A stretch of DNA of 64,000 nucleotides, taken from assembly GCA_963666565.1 (NCBI GenBank), contig OY762911.1:3776001-3840000 (forward strand), given 5' to 3'. The position numbers and the translations under genes are program-made. The stretch comes from Thermoanaerobaculia bacterium (GTDB lineage: Bacteria > Acidobacteriota > Thermoanaerobaculia > Multivoradales > Multivoraceae). Shown piece after piece: positions 9,579-19,911 of the stretch. The notes below the pieces were generated by a model. It was given only the letters and a program-made list of their open reading frames with translations, was not told the DNA's origin and searched no databases. The stretch's first letter is position 1. Every line of letters begins with the position of its first letter.

Positions 9579-11644
9579 ATGGTCGCAACGACTGATTCTC
9601 GAGCAGGCGCCAGAGGAGCGGTTGCTGCCGCCAGCCTCTCGCTGGCGCTCTGGTCTCTTGCCGTACAGCCCGCTAAAGCCCGGCAAACCGCCGCAAGGGA
9701 GCCAACCGTCGCCGAGGCCACGGTCCCCCCATCGACCTGATCGGCCCCTGGCTGAGAAACGAAGAACTGAGCGAGGCGCCGAGCCTCGACGGCGAGAGCA
9801 TTGGGCAGGGGCCCGAGCTGGCAGCCGGACTCGTCTCCGACCTTGCCGAAAGCCTCGGCGACCGGCTGGACGCGATCCTGATACAGGTGGACGGGGAAAC
9901 GCTGCTGCTGAACGGAAAAGGCGAACTCAGCTCCTTCCGCCTGGGACGCGAGCGGTACACGGACCGCCTCGGCAACGGAATCCGCCTCCTGACCGCGAGT
10001 GGCGCTTTCCGAATCGAGACGCGCATCTCCGGCTGGCTCTGGGTCGAGACCTTCTCGAGGAAGGACGATCGACTGGTGCGAGTGACGGAGATCCGTCACA
10101 CGGGATTCTCGGGACTCGAGCTTCGCACGGTCTACGATCCGGTGGGAACCGAACACCCGTCCGCTGCTCCCGCCGCCGGCGGGCCGCCAACGGTTTCGCA
10201 GCCGATCCGTATCGTGCCGCCCGGCCGCCGCGGCGAACTGCTCGGGGGCAAGGTCGAGGTCCAGACCCTGATCGCCGATCCGACCGTCGGCAGGGTCGAG
10301 TTCACTGTCGACGGCGTCCGGACCCGGGTCGACCGGAAACCGCCCTTCGGGGCCCGTCTCGACCTGGCCGAACCGCCCCGGGAGCGGACCGTCGACGTCG
10401 AGGCGTACGACGCGGACGGCGAGTACCTTGGCGCCGACCGGATCGTGCTGAACCGAATCGATGTTGCCTTCGCGGTTCGCATCACGGGGATTCGCCGCGA
10501 GAGAGTCGACGGGGAGACGTCCGTTCGCGTGCAGGCCGGCGTTTCGCTACCCCGATCGGCAGCCCTTGAACGCGTCGACTTCTACCTCAACGACCGTCTC
10601 GTCGCGGAGAGGGCGGACTTCGGCGAGCCGGACGACAGCGCGGCACGGGTCGTTCCCGTCAACGTCTCCATCCCGGATGTTAGAGGGAACGACTTCGTCC
10701 GGGTCAGCGCCAGACTGGCCGATGGCCGCGAGCTCGAAGACGCCGAACTCCTGCAGGGAGCGGACTACCGGAGCGAAGTCGACGTCCAACTCGTCCAGAT
10801 CCAGGTCCTCGTCGCCGATGACCAGGGGAACCCGGTCGGCGATCTTCAGCCGAGCGACTTCGCGATCCTCGAAAACGGTCGGCCACGCCGGGTCGAGAAC
10901 GTCCACACCGCCAAGGATGTCCCCCTCGTGCTGGGTCTCGCTATCGATTCGTCCGACAGCATGTTGCCCATCTGGCGCAAGTTGAAGCAGATCGTCGCGA
11001 AATTCCTCGACAGATCGCTGGCTTCCGGCGACCGGGCGTTCCTGGTCGACTTCGACGCGACCGTCCGGTTGCTGCAACCGCTCACCGGCGTCAAGCCCCT
11101 GCTGTCGCAAGGTCTTGACCGGCTCACGCCCCTCGGCGGCACGGCCTTGAACGACGGCGTACTCTTTTCGCTCCTTCAGTACCGGCGCGAGGCCGGCCGC
11201 CGGGCACTGGTGGTGATCACGGACGGCGCCGACCTCCACAGTCGCTCACGCCCCAGGCAATCCGCGGACTTCGCCGAGCGCCTTGGCATTCCCATCTACT
11301 TCCTCGAACTCGACAACCTGATCACCAGGGTGGCAGTCGGAGGAGGCATCGCGCCGTCTGGCGACCTGACAAGGCTCAAGCAGCGGGAGGCACGGAAGCG
11401 CCTGGACCGAATCAGCCGGTGGACCGGCGGCCGACTCTTCCACATCCCGCCCTTTCCTGAAAGCTCAGCCAGATCGGAACGGATCGAACAGGTCTTCGAT
11501 CGGATCGAGGAGGACCTGCGCCACCAGCATGTTCTGACCTACTACAGCGAGGAGCCGCCTGGCGCAGCGATCGAGCGGGAGGTCCGCGTGAACCGACGGG
11601 AGCTCAAGCTGCGCAGCGCCGTGCCGCTCAAGGCCATCGAGTAA
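9579..11644 (+). pseudogene. VWA-domain protein, array copy 5, frameshifted at a C6 run (9725-9730)
   Basis: ATG 9579 gives signal peptide MVATTDSRAGARGAVAAASLSLALWSLAVQPAKA and stops shortly after the C run; another frame gives IDLIGPWLRNEELSE.. continuous with ORF 9887..11644 (MIDAS DSSDS). Confidence 0.8.
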
Positions 11645-11683
11645 CGCAAGCCGGATCGTCAGGTGCTCCAGCCAACAGAGGTC

Positions 11684-12691
11684 CTACCGGCCGCCTGTCG
11701 CGACCGCCTCCCGCTCCTGAGCGCGGGCGCCGGAGAGGATGTTCGTCAGCCCGTAGTTCCCCTCGTGGCAGGCGTACTCGAAGATCGGATCTGCGGTGCG
11801 GGCGAGCCGGATCATCATCGTCCAGGGACTGACCCAGGTCGCCTCGTCTTCGTAGGTGATCTCCCACTCGATCGTCTCCGGGCCGGTGCGCGTGAAGCGC
11901 TCGACCACCTTGAGACCGTCCGTCGCTCGACCGCTGGCGCCCCCGCCGGCAGAGTAGTTCGTCGTCTCGACGACGAGTGAGTCGTCCTCGAACCAGCCTC
12001 GCGAGCCGCCGTGCCAGAGCCGCAGGTCGTCGGGCAGCGGCGCCGGCTCCGCCAGCGGAATGATCCGCACGTCGTGGATCAACTCCTGCAGGATCGCGAC
12101 ATGGTCCGCGGTCTGGAAGAACTGGAAGTAGCTGTTGTAGCCGGCCAGCGTGTTCGGCACGCCGAAGGTGATGCAGCGCACCCCGAGGGTCATGTCCTCG
12201 GGGCCGGCGGGCACCTCGTCGCCGTAGGCCACCGCCGCCCGCATCCGTTCCATCGCCTGCTCCGTGAGCGCCGGAATGCGACCGTTCGGCGGGTCGATCA
12301 CGAGCGAAGTGCGGTTGTCGAGTTCCCGGTCGACGAGCCAGAACGAGTTGTAGTTCCCGGTGACCTGGTCGAAGCCGCGGAACTCGGGATCTTCCAGTAC
12401 GCGCTGAATCAGGTAGTCGCCCAGCAGGTCGCCGGCCTGGGACCCCTCCCGAATCTCCTCGAGGCGGCGCTTGAGGTCGGCGAGCTCGTCGTCGGTGAGG
12501 GTCGCCTTGTCGCCGAAGGACTTCGGCCGCTCGAGCGGCGTGGCGCTGTTGTTGGCCCAGATGCCCTGGAAGTCGGGGTGGCCATCGGCGGTCCGGGGAA
12601 CGGCCCAGTCTTCGGCCGCCAGCCCTCCGCCGGCCAGGAGCAGGATCGCAACGAGCAGAATCGGGCAACGGCCCGGACGGTTCCTGAGCAT
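11684..12691 (-). CDS. Conserved exported hypothetical protein (PRTADGHPDFQGIW...EYACHEGNY family)
   Basis: Signal peptide from ATG 12691 with GGAGG upstream; motifs typical of an uncharacterised periplasmic family. Confidence 0.8.
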   Translation of the reverse strand: MLRNRPGRCPILLVAILLLAGGGLAAEDWAVPRTADGHPDFQGIWANNSATPLERPKSFGDKATLTDDELADLKRRLEEIREGSQAGDLLGDYLIQRVLEDPEFRGFDQVTGNYNSFWLVDRELDNRTSLVIDPPNGRIPALTEQAMERMRAAVAYGDEVPAGPEDMTLGVRCITFGVPNTLAGYNSYFQFFQTADHVAILQELIHDVRIIPLAEPAPLPDDLRLWHGGSRGWFEDDSLVVETTNYSAGGGASGRATDGLKVVERFTRTGPETIEWEITYEDEATWVSPWTMMIRLARTADPIFEYACHEGNYGLTNILSGARAQEREAVATGGR

Positions 12692-12871
12692 CGGTACCTC
12701 CAGATGGACCAATCCAGTATACGGGCAGGAGCGGCGCGCCCACCGCGCCACGAACGCGCGCGCCGGCCGCTCAGCCGAGGCCCAAGGGTAAGCGCGCCCG
12801 TACGGAAGCAAGCGACACCCGACTCGCCGATGGGTATTCTCCCCACGCCAATCCGAAGGGAGATCGTCGCC

Positions 12872-14974
12872 ATGCAGCTCAGCCAGTCCGTCGCCGTCGA
12901 ACGCCACGAGGCGCCGGGACTCGGCACGGCCGGCGCGATCCGGATCGACAATCCCCCGGTCAACGCGCTGAGCCAGCACGTGCGCGAGGGACTCGCCGCA
13001 GCCGTGCCGGCAGTCGCCGGCGATCCCGAGATGCAGGCAGCGGTGCTCGTTTGCCGCGGCAGGACCTTCATTGCCGGCGCCGACATCCGCGAGTTCGGCA
13101 AGCCGCGCCTGCCGCCGGACACGAACGAAGTCAGGCGGATGATCGAGAAGTCGCCCAAGCCCTTCGTTGCGGCGATTCACGGCACGGCGCTGGGCGGCGG
13201 CCTGGAGATGGCGATGGCCTGCCACTTCCGCGTCGCCGACCGCGACGCACGCCTCGGCCTGCCCGAAGTCAAGCTCGGCATCCTGCCGGGCGGCGGCGGC
13301 ACCCAGCGGCTTCCGCGGCTGGTCGGCGTGCCGCGGGCGCTCGAGATGATCGCGAGCGGGGAGCACATCACGGCCTCCGAGGCGCTCGACCTGGGGCTGA
13401 TCGACGCCGTGATCGACCGCGACGCGGAGGGCGGCCTCGAAGCCGGCGCGATCCGTTTCGCCCTGCGCGCCGTGGCCGAGGGACGCGGCCTGCCACGGGT
13501 GAGGGACATCGACAGCCACCGCGACGTCGTCCGGGAGAACCCGGGCATCTTCGACGACTTCCGTCGCCGGATCGCGCGCAGGACGCGGGGCTTCAACGCC
13601 CCGGAGGTCTGCATCCAGTGCATCGAGGCGGCGGTCGAACTGCCCTTCGACGAGGGGCTCGCCCGCGAGGCCGAGCTGTCGCGGACGCTCCATGCCGACC
13701 CGCAGTCGCGGGCCCAGCGCTACTACTTCTTCGCCGAGCGCGCGGCGCGCAAGATCCCGGGCATCCCGGCGGACACGCCGGTGCGCGAGATCGCCAGGGT
13801 CGGCGTGCTCGGCGCCGGCACGATGGGCGGCGGCATCTCGATGGCCTTCGCCAACGCGGGGTTCCCGGTTCAGGTCGTCGAGCAGAACCGCGACGCGCTC
13901 GACCGGGGTCTGGCCACGGTACGGAGCAACTACGAGCGCAGCGCGTCGCGCGGACGCTTCACGGCCGACCAGGTGGAGGAGCGAATGGCCCTGCTGGACG
14001 GCGGCACGGACCGGGACGCACTCGCCGAGTGCGACCTGGTGATCGAGGCGGTGTTCGAGGACATGGACCTGAAGAAGCGCGTCTTCGGCGAGATCGACCG
14101 GATCGCGAGGCCCGGCGCGCTGCTGGCCACGAACACGTCCTACCTCGACGTCAACGAGATCGCCGCGGAGACCGGCTGGCCGGAGGACGTCGTCGGCATG
14201 CACTTCTTCAGCCCGGCCAACGTGATGAAGCTGGTCGAGGTCGTGCGCGGTGAGAAGTCGGCGCCGAACGCGGTCGCCACGGCCATGTCGATCTCCCGCG
14301 CGATCGGCAAGGTGCCGGCCCTGGTCGGCGTCTGCCACGGTTTCGTCGGCAACCGGATGCTCTTCCAGCGCCGCCTCCAGGCCGACCGCCTGGTGCTCGA
14401 GGGCGCGACGCCCTGGGACATCGACCGGGTGCTCTACGACTTCGGCATGCCGATGGGTCCGTTCCGCATGAGCGACCTGGCGGGCCTCGACGTGGGCTGG
14501 AACGCGGCGACCTCTTCGTCCAGCACCCTGCGGGAGATGCTCTGCGAGCGCGACCGCCGCGGCCAGAAGACGGGCCGCGGCTACTACGTCTACGACTCCG
14601 CAACGCGCGCCGCCGCGCCCGACCCGGAGGTCATGGACCTCGCCCGCGAGTTGGCGGGCCGTCTGGGGATCGAGCAGCGCGAGATCGTCGACGAGGAGAT
14701 CCTGAACCGCTGCCTGCTCTCCTCCGTCAACGAGGGCGCGAAGATCCTCGAAGAGGGCATCGCGCTGCGCGCCAGCGACATCGACGTCATCTGGATCAAC
14801 GGCTACGGCTGGCCCGTCTACCGCGGCGGCCCCATGTTCTGGGCCGACGAGTTCGGCCTCGACCGCATCGTCGACATCCTCGACGACTACGCCGTCCGCT
14901 TCGACGCCGACCAGTGGCAGGCCGCGCCGCTGCTGCGGGAGACGGCGGCCGCCGGCGGCCGTCTCAGCGGCTAG
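12872..14974 (+). CDS. Bifunctional enoyl-CoA hydratase / 3-hydroxyacyl-CoA dehydrogenase (FadB/FadJ-like)
   Basis: FIAGADIREF, ALGGGLE, GLPEVKLG crotonase motifs; GAGTMGGGI Rossmann fold; GMHFFSPA. Confidence 0.95.
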   Translation: MQLSQSVAVERHEAPGLGTAGAIRIDNPPVNALSQHVREGLAAAVPAVAGDPEMQAAVLVCRGRTFIAGADIREFGKPRLPPDTNEVRRMIEKSPKPFVAAIHGTALGGGLEMAMACHFRVADRDARLGLPEVKLGILPGGGGTQRLPRLVGVPRALEMIASGEHITASEALDLGLIDAVIDRDAEGGLEAGAIRFALRAVAEGRGLPRVRDIDSHRDVVRENPGIFDDFRRRIARRTRGFNAPEVCIQCIEAAVELPFDEGLAREAELSRTLHADPQSRAQRYYFFAERAARKIPGIPADTPVREIARVGVLGAGTMGGGISMAFANAGFPVQVVEQNRDALDRGLATVRSNYERSASRGRFTADQVEERMALLDGGTDRDALAECDLVIEAVFEDMDLKKRVFGEIDRIARPGALLATNTSYLDVNEIAAETGWPEDVVGMHFFSPANVMKLVEVVRGEKSAPNAVATAMSISRAIGKVPALVGVCHGFVGNRMLFQRRLQADRLVLEGATPWDIDRVLYDFGMPMGPFRMSDLAGLDVGWNAATSSSSTLREMLCERDRRGQKTGRGYYVYDSATRAAAPDPEVMDLARELAGRLGIEQREIVDEEILNRCLLSSVNEGAKILEEGIALRASDIDVIWINGYGWPVYRGGPMFWADEFGLDRIVDILDDYAVRFDADQWQAAPLLRETAAAGGRLSG

Positions 14975-15005
14975 CGAGACGGCGGCGGACTCACCCGCCC
15001 GCTCC

Positions 15006-15106
15006 GGGCCACAGGGGTAAGGGTCCCAGCGGTCGCTCCCGCTTTCTCGGATGGGGTGAGGTTGGCGCTCGCTTCGAGCCCGCTGGGACCCTTACCCCTG
15101 TGGCCC
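15006..15106. repeat. Perfect 27-bp inverted repeat with 47-bp spacer (MITE/REP-like)
   Basis: gggccacaggggtaagggtcccagcgg (15006-15032) and ccgctgggacccttacccctgtggccc (15080-15106). Confidence 0.85.
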
Positions 15107-15200
15107 TGCGCGGGCTGGGGGTCGCGGCCGGACCGGGGCCGGACGTCGCTGCTACTGTTCCCCGATGCTCGGACCAGGGGGTTGCCGGCGTCTGACGAGA

Positions 15201-17171
15201 ATGTCCGTGGGGCTGGCGATGGTCTTCGTGACGGCGGTTGCCGGGTGGGGCCAGGAGCACGCGGACAGCGACTGGTCCGTCGTGACCGGCAACGACGCAA
15301 GTCAGCGGTACGCGCCGCTTGGACAGATCGATCGGAGCAACTTCGGGGAGCTCGAAGTCGCCTGGCGTTGGTCGTCGCCGGACAACGAGTTGATGGCGAA
15401 CGCCGCCGGGCAGGGCGGGCGGCGCACCGCGCCGCGGAATCACGAGGCGATCCCGATCAAGATCGGCGACCGGCTCTACGTGACGACCGGCTACGGGCAG
15501 ATCGCGGCGGTCGACATCGAGGAGGGGACGAGCCTCTGGACCTACGACCCACGGGCATACGTTCACGGCAGGCCGACGAATCTCGGCTTCACGCACCGGG
15601 GCGCCGCGTACTGGAAGGACCCCGACCTGCCGGCTGACGGCGGCCGCCTGATCTGGGCGGGCGGCGACTCCTTCCTGCGCGCGGTGGACACGCTGAGCGG
15701 CGAACCGATCGAATCCTTCGGGGACGACGGCAGCGTGGATCTCACCCTCGGCCTGCGCCGCGAAGTCTCGCGCCGGACCTACAGCGTCAGTTCGCCGGTC
15801 ACGCTGTGCCGCGACGTGGCGATCGTCGGCTCCTCCATCTCGGACGGGCCGCGGGCGCCGGAAGCGCCGCCGGGCGACGTGCGCGGATTCGATGTCCGGA
15901 CCGGGGAGCAGCTCTGGACCTTCCATTCCATCCCGCAGGAGGGCGAGCCGGGACGCGACACCTGGGAGAACGGTTCGTGGAAGGTAAGCGGCAACACGAA
16001 CGTCTGGACCCTGATGAGCGCCGACCCGGAACTCGGGCTCGCCTATCTGCCGTTCGGTACGCCGACCAACGACTGGTACGGCGGGCACCGGCTGGGCGAC
16101 AACCTCTACGCCGAGTCGCTGGTCGCGGTCGACTGCGAAACCGGCGAGCGGCGCTGGCACTTCCAGACCGTTCACCATGGCCTGTGGGACTACGACCTGC
16201 CGACCTCCGCGATCGTCGGCGACATCGAGGTCGAGGGCCGCGCGGTCCGGGCCGCGATGCAGCTCTCCAAGCAGGGCTTCCTCTACGTCTTCGACGCCGG
16301 CACGGGCGAACCGGTATGGCCGATCCTGGAGCGCGAAGTGCCGCAGACGGGCATCGTCGGCGAGCGGACGTCGCCGACCCAACCCTTCCCCACGAAGCCG
16401 CCGGCCTTCGAACGCCAGGGCATCGGACCGGACGACCTGATCGACTTCACCTCGGAACTCCGCGGCGAGGCGCGCGCCATCCTCTCCCGTTACCAGTACG
16501 GGCCGATGTTCACGCCGCCCACGGAGCGCGGCACGTTCCTGATGCCCGGCTACGGCGGCGGCGCGAGCTGGCCCGGCGGCGCGTTCGATCCCGAGACCGG
16601 CATGCTCTACGTGCCATCCTTCACCTGGCCCGTGGTGAACACGCTCCGCAGGCCGGACCCGAGCCGCTCGTCCTTCGACTACGTCGGCCGCATCACGAGC
16701 GACGTCCGCGGCCCGCGCGACCTGCCGCTGGTCAAGCCGCCGTACTCCCGGGTCACCGCCTACGACATGAACCGCGGCGAGATCGCCTGGACCGTGCCCC
16801 TGGGCCACGGCCCGCGCCGCCATCCGGCGCTCGCCGGACTCGACCTGCCTGCCCTCGGCTCGGGCGCTCGCGGCCACGTCGTCGCGACCAGGACGTTGCT
16901 GCTAGTGACCTCCGGCCGGTCGCTCGCCTTTCGCGGAGTCGACCGGGAGGCGACGGCCGAGGGCGCCGGACGCGACGACTGGCGGATCGAGACCCCGGCG
17001 CTCCGCGCGTTCGACAAGGCGACCGGCGAACTGGTCGGTGAGATCGAACTGCCGGCGCACACCGACGGCAGTCCGGTCGCCTTCATGCATCGTGGCCGGC
17101 AGTACATCGTGTTTGCGCTTGGCGGACGCGGCGCCCCGTTCGAGTTGATCGCCTACCGGCTGCCGGTCTGA
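15201..17171 (+). CDS. PQQ-dependent dehydrogenase, glucose/quinate dehydrogenase-like, exported form
   Basis: Signal peptide; PGDVRGFDVRTG, HHGLWDYD, KPPYSRVTAYD, repeated Trp-docking propeller motifs; start uncertain (15165-15219). Confidence 0.88.
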   Translation: MSVGLAMVFVTAVAGWGQEHADSDWSVVTGNDASQRYAPLGQIDRSNFGELEVAWRWSSPDNELMANAAGQGGRRTAPRNHEAIPIKIGDRLYVTTGYGQIAAVDIEEGTSLWTYDPRAYVHGRPTNLGFTHRGAAYWKDPDLPADGGRLIWAGGDSFLRAVDTLSGEPIESFGDDGSVDLTLGLRREVSRRTYSVSSPVTLCRDVAIVGSSISDGPRAPEAPPGDVRGFDVRTGEQLWTFHSIPQEGEPGRDTWENGSWKVSGNTNVWTLMSADPELGLAYLPFGTPTNDWYGGHRLGDNLYAESLVAVDCETGERRWHFQTVHHGLWDYDLPTSAIVGDIEVEGRAVRAAMQLSKQGFLYVFDAGTGEPVWPILEREVPQTGIVGERTSPTQPFPTKPPAFERQGIGPDDLIDFTSELRGEARAILSRYQYGPMFTPPTERGTFLMPGYGGGASWPGGAFDPETGMLYVPSFTWPVVNTLRRPDPSRSSFDYVGRITSDVRGPRDLPLVKPPYSRVTAYDMNRGEIAWTVPLGHGPRRHPALAGLDLPALGSGARGHVVATRTLLLVTSGRSLAFRGVDREATAEGAGRDDWRIETPALRAFDKATGELVGEIELPAHTDGSPVAFMHRGRQYIVFALGGRGAPFELIAYRLPV

Positions 17172-17331
17172 CAGACTGTGCGGCTATCCGGCTCGACCTC
17201 CGAGTACCTTGCCTTTCCTCGCGCCCACCGTCCTGTAAGCGCCACGCCCGCTACACCCGCACCCTCCCGGCATCCGGCGTGAAGCGCAGAGTTCAGGGCA
17301 GTCTGGCCCGCCTTGCAACGACCTTCCAGGG

Positions 17332-19302
17332 ATGAACACGATGACAACGAAGATCGGCCACACGACGCCCTCCTCCCTTCTCGCCGCCGCGCTTTCCGTA
17401 GCGGCCCTCGTCGCCGCGGCGCTCGCCTGCGCGCCGGCCGGCGGCGACCTTCCGGGCGGCGGTGAGCACGCCGGCTTCGGCGCCTACACGCGGGAAGCGG
17501 CCTACGACGGCGCCAACCGCTACTCCGTCTACGTGCCGATGCCGGACGGCGTCCGCGTCTCGGTCGACTACTTCATCCCGACGGCAAACGGCGTCGAGGC
17601 GTCGGAACCCCTGCCGACGATCCTCCACTACACCCGCTACACCCGCGCCTTCCAGGTCGAGGACGAGGAGGGCAACCTCAGGATCCTCACGCAGACCGAA
17701 CGCGATCCGGTGCTCCAGCACATGCTGCACCGCGGCTACACCGTCGCGGTCGCCGACGCCCGTGGCACCGGCGCTTCCTTCGGCGTCCACAACGGCGCCT
17801 TCTCCGTCGAAGAGACGGCCGACTCGTACCACATCGTGGAGTGGATCGCGGCCCAGCCGTGGTCCGACGGCAACGTCGGCATGCAGGGCCGCTCCTACCC
17901 GGGCATGACCCAGTACCAGGCCGTCACGCAGAGGCCGCCGGCGCTCAAGGCGATCTTCGCCGAGATGGCCGGCCCCACGCCCTACGACTTCGTGTTCCGC
18001 GGCGGCACGTTCAAGAACGAGTTCATCGATACCTGGGGCGCCGGCACCCGGGAAGCGGATCTGTCGACCCGGGCCGCGCCGGTGGACGACGACCCGGACA
18101 GCGCTCTCCGCGACGCGGCGGTGGCGGAGCATGCCGCCAACCTCTGGGCGCACGAAATGCTGGGGGAAGAGGGCGCCGGCCTCCGGGACTGGAAGCTCGA
18201 CGTCGAGGACGGCGATCACGTGTCCTGGGACACCACCGGCACCAGCGACGACTGGGCCGCGATGGACGAGTCCGGCATCGCGATCTACCACCTCGCCGGC
18301 TGGCTCGACATCTACGCCACGCAGCAGCCGATGGCTTTCGCCAACCTGCCGAACGCGCCGCAGAAGATGATGGTCGGCCCCTGGATCCACGGCGGCGGCT
18401 ACGGCGGCGACGTGCACAAGGCCGAGTTCCTGCGCTGGTACGACCGGTGGCTCAAGGGAATCGAGAACGGCGTGATGGACGAGGCCCCGGTCCACTACTA
18501 CGTCATGCAGGGAAGCCACACCCTGCCGGACGACCCGGAAGCCGCACTGAGCCTGGACGAGCAGCGGGCCGAGGATCCCGCAACCTGGACCGCGGCCGAA
18601 TCGTGGCCCCCAGCGGGCCTCTCGAACCGGCGCTTCGCCCTGGCCGGCGAGGGCGCCCTGACCGGCGCTTCGGACGGGGACGCCGGCCAGGACGAGTACA
18701 CCGTCGACTACTCCTCCTCCGCCGGCTCGTTCTCCCGCTGGATGAACGGGCACGGCGCCAGCCGGCAGGACCGGCGAGGCACGACCTTCTTCGACGAGCG
18801 ATCCGCCGAGAACGCCAAGGCCCTCACCTACACCACCGCACCGTTGACCGAGGCCATGACGATCGTCGGCCACGCGATCGTCCATCTGTCCGTCAACTCC
18901 ACCCACGACGACGGCGACTTCTTCGTCTACCTGGAGGAGGTCGACGCGGACGGCCGCTCCCACTACGTCACCGAGGGCGCGCTAAGGGCCTCCTACCGGG
19001 CCGTCGGCGACGCCCCCTGGGACGACCTCGGGTTGCCCTTCCACCGCGGCCATGCGGAGGATCTCGAACCGCTGCCCGACGAGCCCGTCGGACTGGCAAT
19101 CGACCTGATGGCAACCGCGGTCACGATCGACGAAGGCCACCGCCTGCGCCTGACCATCGCCGGCGCCGACGCCGCCAACCACGCGCTCTATCCGGATCCG
19201 GAAGGCGTCGACGCGCCGACCGTGACGATCTACCGAGGCGGCGAGAACGGCTCCTGGCTCGACGTCCCCGTGGCGCCGCCAGCCTCGGAGATAACCTCGT
19301 GA
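17332..19302 (+). CDS. CocE/NonD family serine hydrolase, probable lipoprotein
   Basis: DARGTGASFG, WSDGNVGMQGRSYPG nucleophile elbow, GPWIH; ALAC lipobox. Confidence 0.9.
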   Translation: MNTMTTKIGHTTPSSLLAAALSVAALVAAALACAPAGGDLPGGGEHAGFGAYTREAAYDGANRYSVYVPMPDGVRVSVDYFIPTANGVEASEPLPTILHYTRYTRAFQVEDEEGNLRILTQTERDPVLQHMLHRGYTVAVADARGTGASFGVHNGAFSVEETADSYHIVEWIAAQPWSDGNVGMQGRSYPGMTQYQAVTQRPPALKAIFAEMAGPTPYDFVFRGGTFKNEFIDTWGAGTREADLSTRAAPVDDDPDSALRDAAVAEHAANLWAHEMLGEEGAGLRDWKLDVEDGDHVSWDTTGTSDDWAAMDESGIAIYHLAGWLDIYATQQPMAFANLPNAPQKMMVGPWIHGGGYGGDVHKAEFLRWYDRWLKGIENGVMDEAPVHYYVMQGSHTLPDDPEAALSLDEQRAEDPATWTAAESWPPAGLSNRRFALAGEGALTGASDGDAGQDEYTVDYSSSAGSFSRWMNGHGASRQDRRGTTFFDERSAENAKALTYTTAPLTEAMTIVGHAIVHLSVNSTHDDGDFFVYLEEVDADGRSHYVTEGALRASYRAVGDAPWDDLGLPFHRGHAEDLEPLPDEPVGLAIDLMATAVTIDEGHRLRLTIAGADAANHALYPDPEGVDAPTVTIYRGGENGSWLDVPVAPPASEITS

Positions 19303-19425
19303 AGGAGGCCTGCGAGCGTCGCGGGACGCAGCCTGCGTAGTCTGGCCCGACGCCAACGGGCGTGCGCTTGGATGCTGACGCGCTTCAACTCCGTGGCCCC
19401 GGGCGGCCGGCGGGTGCCTACGTTG

Positions 19426-19911
19426 TCACGCGAACAGCCGCTCATCCCACCACACGGGTGTCTCCAGACCGACCTCGATTCCCAGGCCCTCGTAGTCCGG
19501 GTGGCGGGTGTTGATCACCAGGTTGCGCTCCGGACGCGCGACGACCGACGGCACGAAGAGGATCACGCTCCGGCGTTCCAGATACCAGTCCGCGCCGAAG
19601 CGCTGCGACGCTGCAAGGTCCAGCCGTTCCCAGCCGGGCAGAACGTCGGCCGTGACGACCTCGTAACTCGTTCCGGCGGGAATCACCGCCTCGACGAAGT
19701 GCTGGTTCGACGGTACGGGCGATGGCCAGTTGACCAGCGTCTCCAGCATCGCCGTCGAGTAGTTCCGGGAGGCGTAGATCACCTCGCTGCCGTACTCGTG
19801 CCATCGGCCGTTGCAGCGGAGCGCCCCTTCCGCGCTCCACACCGCAAACTCCCCGTCCGCGTCGCCGATGCGATACGCCCGTATCGGCGACGCGAGGAGC
19901 CTCGCGGTCAC
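19426..19911 (-). CDS. RES-domain toxin (type II TA)
   Basis: GRWH..VIYAS..STAMLE..VPSVV..ERNLVINTRH RES motifs; GTG start overlaps the antitoxin stop (GTGA). Confidence 0.88.
   Translation of the reverse strand: MTARLLASPIRAYRIGDADGEFAVWSAEGALRCNGRWHEYGSEVIYASRNYSTAMLETLVNWPSPVPSNQHFVEAVIPAGTSYEVVTADVLPGWERLDLAASQRFGADWYLERRSVILFVPSVVARPERNLVINTRHPDYEGLGIEVGLETPVWWDERLFA

Noticed and set aside
389-11644. Diversity-generating retroelement acting on the VWA array
   Set aside because: No reverse transcriptase and no near-identical TR/VR pair differing at adenines; copies differ at synonymous sites throughout
15201-17171. Second lanthanide alcohol dehydrogenase, suggested by WDYD
   Set aside because: No vicinal Cys-Cys; HHGLWDYD is the ordinary glucose/quinate dehydrogenase family motif
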